The notes beneath the pieces were generated by a model. That model saw nothing but the letters and a program-made list of their open reading frames with translations, ran no database searches and was not told the origin of the DNA. From NCBI GenBank assembly GCA_964590105.1, contig CAZPYM010000001.1, positions 431,782-495,781 of the forward strand: 64,000 bases of DNA, given 5' to 3'. Every line of letters begins with the position of its first letter. Within the stretch, counting starts at the first letter, position 1. The DNA is from an uncultured Gammaproteobacteria bacterium (GTDB lineage: Bacteria > Patescibacteriota > Patescibacteriia > UBA11705 > JABHMO01). Of the stretch, positions 9,334-18,171 are shown piece after piece. The translations under genes were made by a program, and so were the position numbers.

Positions 9334-11259
9334 TTATTCCAACACTGCCTTTATCCTCCGCACCCCAGCTGAACTGGATTCTTCTTTTTTGATTCTGAAT
9401 TTTCCAAGCTGGCCGGTTCTCAGCGCGTGCGGGCCGCCGCACATTTCGCAGGAAACGTTTCCAATCGTGTAAACTTTGGCCACGTGCCCGTATTTGTCTT
9501 CGAAAAGTCCGATCGCGCCTTTTTTCTTGGCATCTTCAATCGCCATCTCTTCACAACCAACTTCAATGTCACCGCCAATCCATTCATTAACCAAATCTTC
9601 AACCTGCTTGATTTGTTCCGAAGTCATTTTGTCGGGATGCGTAAAATCAAACCTCAACCTTTCCGGCGTGATATTACTTCCCTTTTGCAAAGCGTGCGGA
9701 CCCAATACTTTGTGCAAAGCCGCTTGAAGCAGATGAGTGGCTGTGTGCAATTTGCAAGTTTCTTCTGAAGCATCGGCCAGCCCGCCTTTGAATCTTTGCT
9801 CAGCACCGGCGCGAGAAAGGACCTGATGTTTTTCAAATTCAGCATCAAATTCTTCTTTTTTAATTATTGCCCCAATTTCTTTTGCCAGCTCTTCAGTCAT
9901 TTCAAATGGAAAACCATAAGTTGCAAATAAAACAAAAGCCTCCTTGCCGTCAATTTTTTTGTCTTTGGCCATTTTATTAAATTCCCGTAAACCTTTTTCC
10001 AAGGTCTCGGCAAACTTTTCTTCTTCCTTTACCAATTGATTTATAATTAGTTCTTTGTTTTTTTTCAATTCAGGATAAATATCCTGCATAACACTCACGA
10101 CCACTCCCGCGACTTTGTGAGTAAAGACACCCTCAATGCCTAGCTGTCTTCCGTAGCGCACCGCTCTTCTAATTAACCTACGCAAAACATACCCCTGATC
10201 AACATTTGACGGTTCGATCCCGTGTTCATCGCCCAAAATAAATGTGGCCGCCCGGACATGATCGACAATAACGCGAATCGCTTTTTTATTTTTTTCATAA
10301 TCATCAGCATCTTTTTTACCGTAAATGTCTGTGCCTTCAATTCCTTCTTGCCCCAGATATTTGTATTTTCTGAGCATATTCACCTCAGCCACGATCGGTT
10401 CAATATGCGGACAATAATAATTGTCAGGTAAGTCATTTAAAACTGAAATCGTTCTTTCCAATCCCATTCCAGTATCAACATTTCTCTGCTTTGCTTTTAC
10501 ATATTCATATTGTTCTTCACTACTTTTACCTTTTACCTTTTCACTTTTCCCGCCAAAGGCGGGTCCGCCCATGGCGGAAACTTTTAACTTTTTATTATAT
10601 TCCATAAACACATCATTCCAGATTTCAACATATTTGCCGCATGAACAGCTGGGCTGACAATCCGGCCCGCATGGTTCCTTGTCCGAAATATAAAACATTT
10701 CCGTGTCCGGTCCGCATGGTCCTGTTTTTCCGGCCGGCCCCCACCAGTTTTCTTTTTTATCGTATTTATAAATGCGTTCTTCCGGCATACCAAGCTTTTT
10801 CCAAACATTAAAACTATCCTCGTCAAAAGGAGCGTCATTGTCACCCGCAAAAACAGTGACTGCTAATTTTTCAATCGGCAGGCCCAAATATTTTTCAGAA
10901 GTCAAAAATTCAAAACTGCATTCAATCGCTTCTTTTTTCCAATAACCTGCCAGCCGTAGCCCATCAGGCGAAGGCTGGTCGCCAAGCGACCAATTACCGA
11001 GCATTTCAAAAAAAGTCAAATGCCATTGATCGCCGACTTCATCAATATCATTAGTGCGAATGCATTTTTGGAAATCAGTCAGCCTGGTGCCGGCCGCGTG
11101 TTTTTCGCCCATTAAATATGGAACCAGAGGATGCATTCCGGCTGTGGTAAATAAAACAGTCGGATCATTTTCCGGAATTAATGAAGCTGAAGGGATAATC
11201 GCGTGCCCTTTGTCTTTAAAAAAATTTAAATACATTTGGCGAAGTTCGTGCGCATTCAT
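9334..11259 (-). CDS. alaS: alanine--tRNA ligase, short form (catalytic + tRNA-binding + editing domain, lacking the C-terminal C-Ala/DHHA1 region)
   Basis: N-terminus FFKDKGH...PENDPTVLFTTAGM...FFEMLGNWSLGD; editing-domain HxxxH (HTATHLLQAALHKVLG) and CEMCGGPH zinc motif; 641 aa against about 870 typical. Confidence 0.85.
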   Translation of the reverse strand: MNAHELRQMYLNFFKDKGHAIIPSASLIPENDPTVLFTTAGMHPLVPYLMGEKHAAGTRLTDFQKCIRTNDIDEVGDQWHLTFFEMLGNWSLGDQPSPDGLRLAGYWKKEAIECSFEFLTSEKYLGLPIEKLAVTVFAGDNDAPFDEDSFNVWKKLGMPEERIYKYDKKENWWGPAGKTGPCGPDTEMFYISDKEPCGPDCQPSCSCGKYVEIWNDVFMEYNKKLKVSAMGGPAFGGKSEKVKGKSSEEQYEYVKAKQRNVDTGMGLERTISVLNDLPDNYYCPHIEPIVAEVNMLRKYKYLGQEGIEGTDIYGKKDADDYEKNKKAIRVIVDHVRAATFILGDEHGIEPSNVDQGYVLRRLIRRAVRYGRQLGIEGVFTHKVAGVVVSVMQDIYPELKKNKELIINQLVKEEEKFAETLEKGLREFNKMAKDKKIDGKEAFVLFATYGFPFEMTEELAKEIGAIIKKEEFDAEFEKHQVLSRAGAEQRFKGGLADASEETCKLHTATHLLQAALHKVLGPHALQKGSNITPERLRFDFTHPDKMTSEQIKQVEDLVNEWIGGDIEVGCEEMAIEDAKKKGAIGLFEDKYGHVAKVYTIGNVSCEMCGGPHALRTGQLGKFRIKKEESSSAGVRRIKAVLE

Positions 11260-11280
11260 AAATTTGGAGATTAGAGATTA

Positions 11281-11395
11281 GAGTTTGGGAATTAAAAGTT
11301 AAAAAGTGAAAGGTGAAAACCGAAATTCAGTTTACTCAATTAACTAGATTAACTTAATTAACTAGCTTAACTTGATTAACTTTACCACAAACCAC
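11281..11395. repeat. low-complexity word repeats (GAGATTAGAGATTAGAG; AAAAGTTAAAAAGTGAAAGGTGAAAACC; TTAACTAGATTAACTTAATTAACTAGCTTAACTTGATTAAC) upstream of alaS
   Basis: Read directly; the two halves are partially complementary. Confidence 0.55.
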
Positions 11396-11503
11396 GCCTA
11401 ACCATATATACTATTTTAGCTTAGAAATATACTTTTGACAAATGGGATTAATCACATTATTCGAACAACCACTTATTCAAATTTAGACAAAATCGAACAA
11501 CTA

Positions 11504-11532
11504 TTGACATTTACCGCACGGCATGCTATAAT
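11504..11532 (+). promoter_or_regulatory. consensus sigma70 promoter with extended -10 (TTGACA-17-TGcTATAAT)
   Basis: TTGACA 11504-11509; spacer 17 nt; TG 11524-11525; TATAAT 11527-11532; about 50 nt upstream of ATG 11582. Confidence 0.6.
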
Positions 11533-11581
11533 TAACTTTTGATCAATAATGTTCATTGCTCTATACAGTGGGAGGGAAATC

Positions 11582-12010
11582 ATGACGACTGATTCTGACA
11601 TGAAAGAGTACGAGGCCAGAAAGCAGAAGGCGCGACAAGCGGCCGAGGCGGAAGCTCGGCGAATCGCGGACGCGGAAACAGCCAAACTGGCCGGCGTCAG
11701 CCGGCACGTGCCGAAACAGGACTTCACCGACATGTGGCAAGAAGTGTACGACGTGGCCATTGCCAACATCATGGAATCATTCGAATTCGAAGAAGACATG
11801 CGCGACATTGACGCACAGATGCAGTACCCGTTCCCCGATGAAGCGCCGGATGCATTTGAACACGGATTCGACGCAGAAGGCAAGCTCGGCCTTCGCCGCC
11901 GGAATGTGTTCACCGACGCGGATTGCATGGACATGGCCATGTGTGAGGAGGAGCGCTGGAACGACGACTGGGTCATGACCGAAGAAGCATGGGGGCTGGA
12001 TCGCGATTGA
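11582..12010 (+). CDS. highly acidic hypothetical protein (142 aa; 37 D/E, net charge about -20, aromatic-rich), GC-rich cassette; DNA-mimic / anti-restriction candidate
   Basis: ATG 11582 preceded by GGAGGG 11571-11576 (5-nt spacing); GC about 58%; composition counted from the translation; own promoter and terminator. Confidence 0.7.
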   Translation: MTTDSDMKEYEARKQKARQAAEAEARRIADAETAKLAGVSRHVPKQDFTDMWQEVYDVAIANIMESFEFEEDMRDIDAQMQYPFPDEAPDAFEHGFDAEGKLGLRRRNVFTDADCMDMAMCEEERWNDDWVMTEEAWGLDRD

Positions 12011-12029
12011 TCTGGCCACCAGACAATAG

Positions 12030-12066
12030 CCCGCCTTTCGCGCAACGCGATTGGCGGGTTTTTTTA
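12030..12066 (+). terminator. rho-independent terminator
   Basis: CCCGCC-TT-TCGCG-CAA-CGCGA-TT-GGCGGG stem followed by TTTTTTTATTT. Confidence 0.7.
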
Positions 12067-12100
12067 TTTCACAAAATAATAATCGCTTCTTTTTCAAAAA

Positions 12101-13204
12101 TCACACAATCTCTCCCCCGCCCAGACATTCATCTCCCTGATAAAAAACACAGTATTGGCCGGGAGTGATTGCCCGCTCCGTTTTTTTCAGCTTAACAACA
12201 TATTTACTGGCCGCTGCTTTTTCCACAACACAAGCCAGATCTTTGGCGCGGTAGCGCACCCGACATTTGCATTTTAGCGGCAGTGAGGGAACTTGACCGG
12301 AAATCCAATTCACTTTTTTAACAACAAATTCTTTGTTTAAAATATCCTTCTCATCTTTGCTTACCCATAGCGTATTGTTTTTTTTATCCAGACGCACGAC
12401 ATACCACGGCCCGCCGGCCAGGCCAATCCCCTTGCGTTGACCAATTGTGTACAAGGGCAAACCATTGTGTTCGCCAATTATTTGCCTTGTAGACATTTCT
12501 AAAATATTTCCTTTTTCGAGTTTAATATATCTGGACAAAAATTCACCAATCTTATTATCCGCCACAAAACATATTTCCTGCGATTCTTTTTTTTCGGCGG
12601 TCGGCAATTTATATTTTTGAGCCAACTTTCTAACTTGTTCCTTGGTATAATTTCCAACCGGAAATAAAATATGCGCCAAATCTTTTTGTTTTATTTGATG
12701 CAAAAAATATGACTGATCTTTGTTTTTATCTTTTCCGCAGGACAATTTTATCTTTGCCCTTTGATCCTTGCCCTTTGATCCTCTTTGCTTTGCAAAGTGT
12801 CCCGTCGCCACAAAATCAATTCCCATTGGTTTTAATTTTTTCCACAGTTCACCAAATTTTATAAATTGATTGCATCGCACGCACGGATTCGGGGTACGGC
12901 CGCACTCGTATTCATTAACAAAATTGTCAACAATTTTTTTCTTGAACGGAAGCTTCATATCAATTACATAAAACGGGATGCCCAGCTTGCGACAAACTCG
13001 CCTGGCGTCTTCAGCAGATTCGAATGAACAGCAAATGTTTTCACGAACTTTGCCTTTCACTTTATCTGACCAAAATTTCATAAAAACGCCGACAACATCA
13101 TAACCTTGATCTAACAACAAGGCTGCGGCTACAGAAGAATCAACTCCACCGCTCATACCAACAGCGACTCGTTTATTTTTATTTTTTTTCATAATAACTA
13201 TCAA
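12101..13204 (-). CDS. mnmA: tRNA-specific 2-thiouridylase MnmA (start may be ATG at 13192)
   Basis: PP-loop SGGVDSS and the conserved MnmA C-terminal domain. Confidence 0.88.
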   Translation of the reverse strand: MIVIMKKNKNKRVAVGMSGGVDSSVAAALLLDQGYDVVGVFMKFWSDKVKGKVRENICCSFESAEDARRVCRKLGIPFYVIDMKLPFKKKIVDNFVNEYECGRTPNPCVRCNQFIKFGELWKKLKPMGIDFVATGHFAKQRGSKGKDQRAKIKLSCGKDKNKDQSYFLHQIKQKDLAHILFPVGNYTKEQVRKLAQKYKLPTAEKKESQEICFVADNKIGEFLSRYIKLEKGNILEMSTRQIIGEHNGLPLYTIGQRKGIGLAGGPWYVVRLDKKNNTLWVSKDEKDILNKEFVVKKVNWISGQVPSLPLKCKCRVRYRAKDLACVVEKAAASKYVVKLKKTERAITPGQYCVFYQGDECLGGGEIV

Positions 13205-13238
13205 AAAAGACGCTTTCCAGCGCCTTTTTTATATCATG

Positions 13239-13604
13239 TTAAGCTAATTTTTTCAAGGTCACCTTTACTTCCGGAACATAGGTATTATTATTTTCGTCCA
13301 CCACTTCCACTTTATTATTTTTCATCAATTCATTCCACATTATATCTGACAAAACCTGTCTTGTGTCACGAATATCTGTCCTGACGTCTTCCAAACTATT
13401 AAACTCTGAAGAATAATCTGCACGAATTATTTGTTCGATTTGTTTTTTCCTAGCGCGTAGCTTGGTCATTTCGTCCGCAATGTCCTGATATTCTTTCGTT
13501 CCCACAAAAGCCTCCTTGATAGTGGCGGTATATTCTTTTTGTTTCTTTTTTGCTTCCTGAATTTCATGATAAAGATCTTTGATTCGCTGTTGATTGTCAG
13601 ACAT
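13239..13604 (-). CDS. hypothetical coiled-coil protein (121 aa)
   Basis: Charged helical sequence; no family recognised. Confidence 0.45.
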   Translation of the reverse strand: MSDNQQRIKDLYHEIQEAKKKQKEYTATIKEAFVGTKEYQDIADEMTKLRARKKQIEQIIRADYSSEFNSLEDVRTDIRDTRQVLSDIMWNELMKNNKVEVVDENNNTYVPEVKVTLKKLA

Positions 13605-13777
13605 AAACTAATATTAATATTAAGTAAAGATAAACACAAAACTCATTATAACAAAACTGTTCAAAACAAACAATTGTGTATACAAAAACCGTTTTCAAAA
13701 CGGCCAATTTTCAACTTTTGTTATTTGTTATATTACGCAAATAAGAATCGTACGAATTACCAAGATTGCTGATCCTA

Positions 13778-13830
13778 ATTTGTTATTTGTAATTTGTTTG
13801 TGATTTGTTGTTTGTAATTTGTAATCTTTC
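13778..13830. repeat. degenerate heptamer tandem repeat, family TTTGTAA (TTTGTTA TTTGTAA TTTGTTT GTGATTT GTTGTTT GTAATTT GTAATC)
   Basis: Read directly; the same word family recurs at 18000-18170, 23400-23455 (reverse orientation) and 59841-59900. Confidence 0.7.
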
Positions 13831-15054
13831 ATTTTCGCCCGAAAGATACTGCTTTAACAAACGATAAACTTCTTCATAATTCATCCGGATCTTGGCGCCC
13901 ATAACCAGCGCAATTAATTCTTTATCATTATTTTTTGCCTGCGTTACCAAATTGTAGCCGGCTTCATCAGTCCAGCCGGTTTTGGAGCCAGTAATATACA
14001 AATCACGATTTAATAACTTTTCACTGGTATTTTGCACCCAATATACCAGCTCATTATTAAGCGGGCTAACCTTGTACCACCTGGTTGTGGTGGCTTTTAA
14101 TATTTCTAGATTATTAAACGCCTGCCTGGCAATCATCGCCATTTCCTCGGCCGTGGAAACATTGTGCTCATCCAGACCGGTCGGCTCGACAAAATAAGTA
14201 TTTGATAAACCCAGGTCAAGCGCTTTTTGATTCATCGATGCAATAAATTTATCCCGAGGCAAACCCGTCACGCGAGTCAGAGCTTCGGCGGCATTATTTT
14301 TTGACCCAACAAGCATGGCATAAAACAAATCTTTTACCAAAACCCGGTCGCCTTCCTTCACCCACAGCGTCGCGCCACCGACATAATCAGACTTTTGCAT
14401 GACAATTTCTTTGTCCCAGCCGGGATTATTCTCAAGGAAAACCAGAGCGGTCATTAATTTTGTCAAACTGGCGATTGAACGGACTTCATGCGAATTTTTT
14501 GTAAATAAAACATTGCCGGAAGATTTATCCATGACAATAGCGGATTCAGCCGTCAGCGACTCTGGATCATCTTCCAAAACCGCTATCTTGGCATAGGGGA
14601 AAATTGTTTTTGCGCGAGCAGTTTTATTTTCAAAATCAATTGTTGTCGGAAGCGCCCGCCATTTCCCTTGATGATTGTCATAAAAATATATTGACTTAGC
14701 CTCGACGTTTTCACTTTCAAAAGCCAGAGACAACAAAACCGGCTTAGCCAAAAAACCGGCTTTATTTGTTTTTATGTCATAAGAATAAAATCCGCTGACT
14801 GCCCTTTTCTTGTCCAGCAGAGAATCAACATTATCAGTATTGGCAATGCTTACTATTAAACTGTCTTTGTATTGACCGGAAAAAACAGGGATCCAAAGTT
14901 GTTTGTCAGCGCTTTTGACTGTAAATCCCCTTGCTAATGTTTGTTCATTAAAACTAACAACCACAAAATCAACAACCTTGGCATCAGCCGCCTGATAAAT
15001 CGCAAAAGTGAATACGATTATTGATATTAAAATTATCCACCTTTTTATATCCAT
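13783..15054 (-). CDS. D-alanyl-D-alanine carboxypeptidase (PBP5/DacB-like serine peptidase S11) with an N-terminal extra domain; C-terminal tail encoded by the heptamer repeat
   Basis: SxxK (SIASLTKLMT), SxN (VGSKNNAAE), N-terminal signal/TM; the last 12 codons overlap the TTTGTAA repeat, so the true stop is uncertain. Confidence 0.75.
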   Translation of the reverse strand: MDIKRWIILISIIVFTFAIYQAADAKVVDFVVVSFNEQTLARGFTVKSADKQLWIPVFSGQYKDSLIVSIANTDNVDSLLDKKRAVSGFYSYDIKTNKAGFLAKPVLLSLAFESENVEAKSIYFYDNHQGKWRALPTTIDFENKTARAKTIFPYAKIAVLEDDPESLTAESAIVMDKSSGNVLFTKNSHEVRSIASLTKLMTALVFLENNPGWDKEIVMQKSDYVGGATLWVKEGDRVLVKDLFYAMLVGSKNNAAEALTRVTGLPRDKFIASMNQKALDLGLSNTYFVEPTGLDEHNVSTAEEMAMIARQAFNNLEILKATTTRWYKVSPLNNELVYWVQNTSEKLLNRDLYITGSKTGWTDEAGYNLVTQAKNNDKELIALVMGAKIRMNYEEVYRLLKQYLSGENERLQITNNKSQTNYK

Positions 15055-15195
15055 ATTTTTCTCAAAACGCGTATCGCATAACGCATTGCGCGTAACGTAA
15101 AACGACTAACTCATCATTATAAACACAAATTTCAAACGCTTTATTAACAACGTTTGAAATTGCTCTGTGCCTTAAAATTCCTGCTTTATTTTAGT

Positions 15196-15669
15196 TTACA
15201 TTTTGATAATTCCGGCCGGCGTCACTTTGTAACAGCCTCCCAGATTAAACTCATTAACACCCTTTTCCAAATTAAAAAGAATCTCATAATCCGTCGGTTC
15301 CAGCCGGGTAAAACTATAATTACACCCTTTATCGGCACAGGCACCCGCATTGGCGCAACTTACGTCAAGAACTTTCGGATCATTTGTTTTTACCAAACCA
15401 GGCATTACTTTCACCAGCACTGAATTTTCTTTTTTGGAACACAGGCTGACAAAAGTCAGATCGCAATACGCCTGATCATAACCGCCAGTTTCATTTTTTA
15501 CCACTTCGAGCGCACTCCGGAGCGTCTGCATGTCGCTGATCCTTTTTGAATCTCTGATTTGTCGTTGCTTTGAATTTAACGAAATCACAAGCAAAGTCAA
15601 AATCAAACCTATGATTCCGACTACAATTAAAATTTCAACTAATGTAAAGCCTTTTAGTCTAGATTTCAT
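15196..15669 (-). CDS. type IV pilin-like protein (prepilin; start corrected to MKSRLKGFTLVE...)
   Basis: Class III signal KG/FTLVEILIVVGIIGL, prepilin peptidase site G-F, N-terminal hydrophobic helix; ATG at 15669. Confidence 0.75.
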   Translation of the reverse strand: MKSRLKGFTLVEILIVVGIIGLILTLLVISLNSKQRQIRDSKRISDMQTLRSALEVVKNETGGYDQAYCDLTFVSLCSKKENSVLVKVMPGLVKTNDPKVLDVSCANAGACADKGCNYSFTRLEPTDYEILFNLEKGVNEFNLGGCYKVTPAGIIKM

Positions 15670-15694
15670 ATAACTCCCATATTGAATTTTCCTA

Positions 15695-16165
15695 TTACTT
15701 CTTAACAATTCCCGTGTTAGACATACTATAACAACCGGCCTCTTTAAACATTCCGGCTCCAGTCTCCAGATAGAACTCAACAGCATAAGTACTCGCCGAT
15801 AGCATTCGCACTGCATATTCACAGCCAGCGACACAGTTACCCGCAACTATACAACTTCCGGCTGTTCCAATCGGGTCTTTAAGATTCTTAATTGTTGGCA
15901 AAAACCCTTCCAAAGCTCCACCAGTACACTGATATAACATTTTTCCCGCAAAACAAGTATTCTCTGGCTTGTACGAGCCACTTTCATTATTAACCAACTC
16001 AAACGCTGTTTTCAGCGCGTCCATATCGCTTAGCCGCTTGGTATCGCGTCCTTTTTCTCTGACATTGCCAAGCGAAACAACAGCCAGTGAAGATAAAAGC
16101 CCAATGATTGCAATCACAACCAAAAGCTCAATCAAAGTAAAACCTTTTTGCTTTTTCATAAACAT
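15695..16165 (-). CDS. type IV pilin-like protein (paralog 2)
   Basis: MKKQKGFTLIELLVVIAIIGLLSSLAVVSLGN...; Cys-rich C-terminal domain. Confidence 0.75.
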   Translation of the reverse strand: MFMKKQKGFTLIELLVVIAIIGLLSSLAVVSLGNVREKGRDTKRLSDMDALKTAFELVNNESGSYKPENTCFAGKMLYQCTGGALEGFLPTIKNLKDPIGTAGSCIVAGNCVAGCEYAVRMLSASTYAVEFYLETGAGMFKEAGCYSMSNTGIVKK

Positions 16166-16200
16166 TTAACAATTAATTTTTATTTTATCATTTCAATTTA

Positions 16201-16662
16201 TTATAGTTTTACGATTCCCTTTTCCGTCAAAGCATAACATCCCTTGTCTTTGAACTGCCCGGCGCCGTTCTCAAGATAGAAAATAATTCTATAGCTACTT
16301 TCCGTTAACGCTATCAGATTGTAATCACAGACACTGGTGCATCCGGTGGCGCAAACTGCAGTTCCCGCAGGATCAATTAAATTCTTAATTGTTGGCAAAC
16401 TCGCTTCCAAGTAACCGTTAACGCAGGAGTGTAGCGCTCCGGACACGCATCCAAGGCCGGTCTTGTATCCGCCATGATCATTATTCACCAGCTCCATGGC
16501 TGTTTTTACCGCGTCCATATCGCTCAAACGTTTTGTATCGCGGCCTTTTTCGCGAATATTTCCAAGAGAAACAACAGCGAGTGATGATAATAGACCAATA
16601 ATGGCAATCACCACCAATAACTCAATTAACGTAAAACCTTTTTTCCTCATAATTTTTTTCAA
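16201..16662 (-). CDS. type IV pilin-like protein (paralog 3; N-terminal about 55 aa nearly identical to paralog 2)
   Basis: MRKKGFTLIELLVVIAIIGLLSSLAVVSLGNIREKGRDTKRLSDMDAVKTA... Confidence 0.75.
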   Translation of the reverse strand: MKKIMRKKGFTLIELLVVIAIIGLLSSLAVVSLGNIREKGRDTKRLSDMDAVKTAMELVNNDHGGYKTGLGCVSGALHSCVNGYLEASLPTIKNLIDPAGTAVCATGCTSVCDYNLIALTESSYRIIFYLENGAGQFKDKGCYALTEKGIVKL

Positions 16663-16720
16663 TTAATTAAATTTTATATATATGACTTTGTTATTTGTGA
16701 CTTTCGCTGTTTTAATTATA

Positions 16721-17926
16721 TCACATATTATTAGAAATTTCATACATAGGCAGGACAATCGCGGTAATCATCACCGCCACTGCCACGCCGAGAACGATCA
16801 TAATGACCGGTTCGAGCAAAGACATCAGGTTGTCAATGGTATTATTTACTTCCCTAGTGTAAAATTCGCTTATTTTTTCCAATACCGCCTCCATCATTCC
16901 AGTTTCTTCGCCGGTTTCAAGCATTTGCGAGAGCATTTGCGGCACTAATTTGCTTTTGCTAAATTCTTCGCCCAGCGCGCCGCCGCCCTCAACGTTTTGT
17001 TTTGTCTTCAAAAGTAATTCCCGATATATTGAATTTCCAACCATATCAGAAGCAATGCCCAGACCCTCAACAATATCCACTCCACCTATGAGCAAAGTTC
17101 GGAAACTGCGCGCAAACCTGATTACGGCAATATAATTTAATAGTGGGCCAAAAATAGGTAAATTTAATTTTAAATTATCAACCGCCCTTTTTCCTTTTTT
17201 ACTCTTGGAAAAAAGGCGCAGACCACCAACAACCGCAATTATTACAAGTAACAAAAGCCACCAATCATGGATCAAAAATTCGCTGATCCCCTGAATAATC
17301 CTCGTGGCCAGCGGCAATTCCGCACCGGTCTGCGTCAGCATATCAGTTAATTTCGGAACGACAAAAATCATCATCAAAGCGCCGATCGCCACCAAACTGC
17401 AGACAATAAAAATCGGGTAAATCATGGCTCCTTTGATTTTGCTTTTCAAATCATAATCTTTTTCCATCTGATCAGCCAGATAAAGAAGTACTTCCTGCAG
17501 ACGGCCGGATACTTCGCCGGACTTGATAATATTGACAAAAAAACTATCAAAAATTTTCGGGTAGTGCGACAAGGCTTCTGAAAATCTTACTCCACCCTCA
17601 ACTTCCTGCACTACGCTGGCAGTTGTTTTTTTGAGCTTTTTATTTTTAGTTTGCGAAGCCAAATCTTTCAATGCTTCAACCACCGGCACTTCAGCAGAAA
17701 TCAATATTGAAAGCTGCCTGGAAAAAATAACCAAATCCTTTGGTTTTACGCGCCCGACCAGTAAATCAAAATTAAAAATATTACTTTTTTTTTCTTCCAA
17801 AAACAAAACTGAATATCCGCGCTCTTCCAAAAGATCCACGGCAATGCTTTCTGTTTCCGCCTCTACTGCGCCTTCTGACAGCGCCTGTTCATTGTATTTT
17901 TTCGCTCTATAGTTATATAAGGGCAT
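16721..17926 (-). CDS. pilC: type IV pilus assembly platform protein PilC (GspF family); start corrected to MPLYNYRAKKY
   Basis: Two GspF repeats (FSRQLSILISAEVP..., ...FARSFRTLLIGGV), three TM segments, adjacent to pilB. Confidence 0.85.
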   Translation of the reverse strand: MPLYNYRAKKYNEQALSEGAVEAETESIAVDLLEERGYSVLFLEEKKSNIFNFDLLVGRVKPKDLVIFSRQLSILISAEVPVVEALKDLASQTKNKKLKKTTASVVQEVEGGVRFSEALSHYPKIFDSFFVNIIKSGEVSGRLQEVLLYLADQMEKDYDLKSKIKGAMIYPIFIVCSLVAIGALMMIFVVPKLTDMLTQTGAELPLATRIIQGISEFLIHDWWLLLLVIIAVVGGLRLFSKSKKGKRAVDNLKLNLPIFGPLLNYIAVIRFARSFRTLLIGGVDIVEGLGIASDMVGNSIYRELLLKTKQNVEGGGALGEEFSKSKLVPQMLSQMLETGEETGMMEAVLEKISEFYTREVNNTIDNLMSLLEPVIMIVLGVAVAVMITAIVLPMYEISNNM

Positions 17927-17999
17927 AGTAGAGTAGTGAGTGGTGAGTGGTAAGTGGTGCTTGCCCTGTACCCGAACGAAGAGAGTGGTATAGGAAGTG

Positions 18000-18170
18000 G
18001 TGAATAAAACGAAAATCACAAATTCCGAACTACAAATCACAAACAATAAAGTATAAATAACAAATTACAATCAACTTTACTATCAATCAAGTTAGATTCT
18101 GACGCCTTTGGATTCATTTGAAATTTGTAATTTGTTTGTAATTTGGAATCTGTACTTTGTGATTTACAGT
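18000..18170. repeat. intergenic heptamer-word repeats in inverted orientation (ACAAATCACAAACAA...AACAAATTACAATCAA at 18020-18070, then TTTGTAATTTGTTTGTAATTTGG at 18121-18150), a potential long imperfect hairpin between pilB and pilC
   Basis: Read directly; 18121-18145 is the reverse complement of the ACAAATTACAAA words upstream. Confidence 0.65.
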
Positions 18171-18171
18171 T

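Noticed and set aside
11473-12097. Minus-strand ORFs (11473-12045, 11777-12097) and plus 11760-11978 overlapping the acidic-protein gene
   Set aside because: Antisense or alternate-frame artifacts of the GC-rich cassette; only the plus-strand 11582-12010 frame has SD, promoter and terminator.
16682-16948. Plus-strand ORF of 88 aa, His-rich
   Set aside because: Antisense to the pilC 3-prime region; AT-rich noise.
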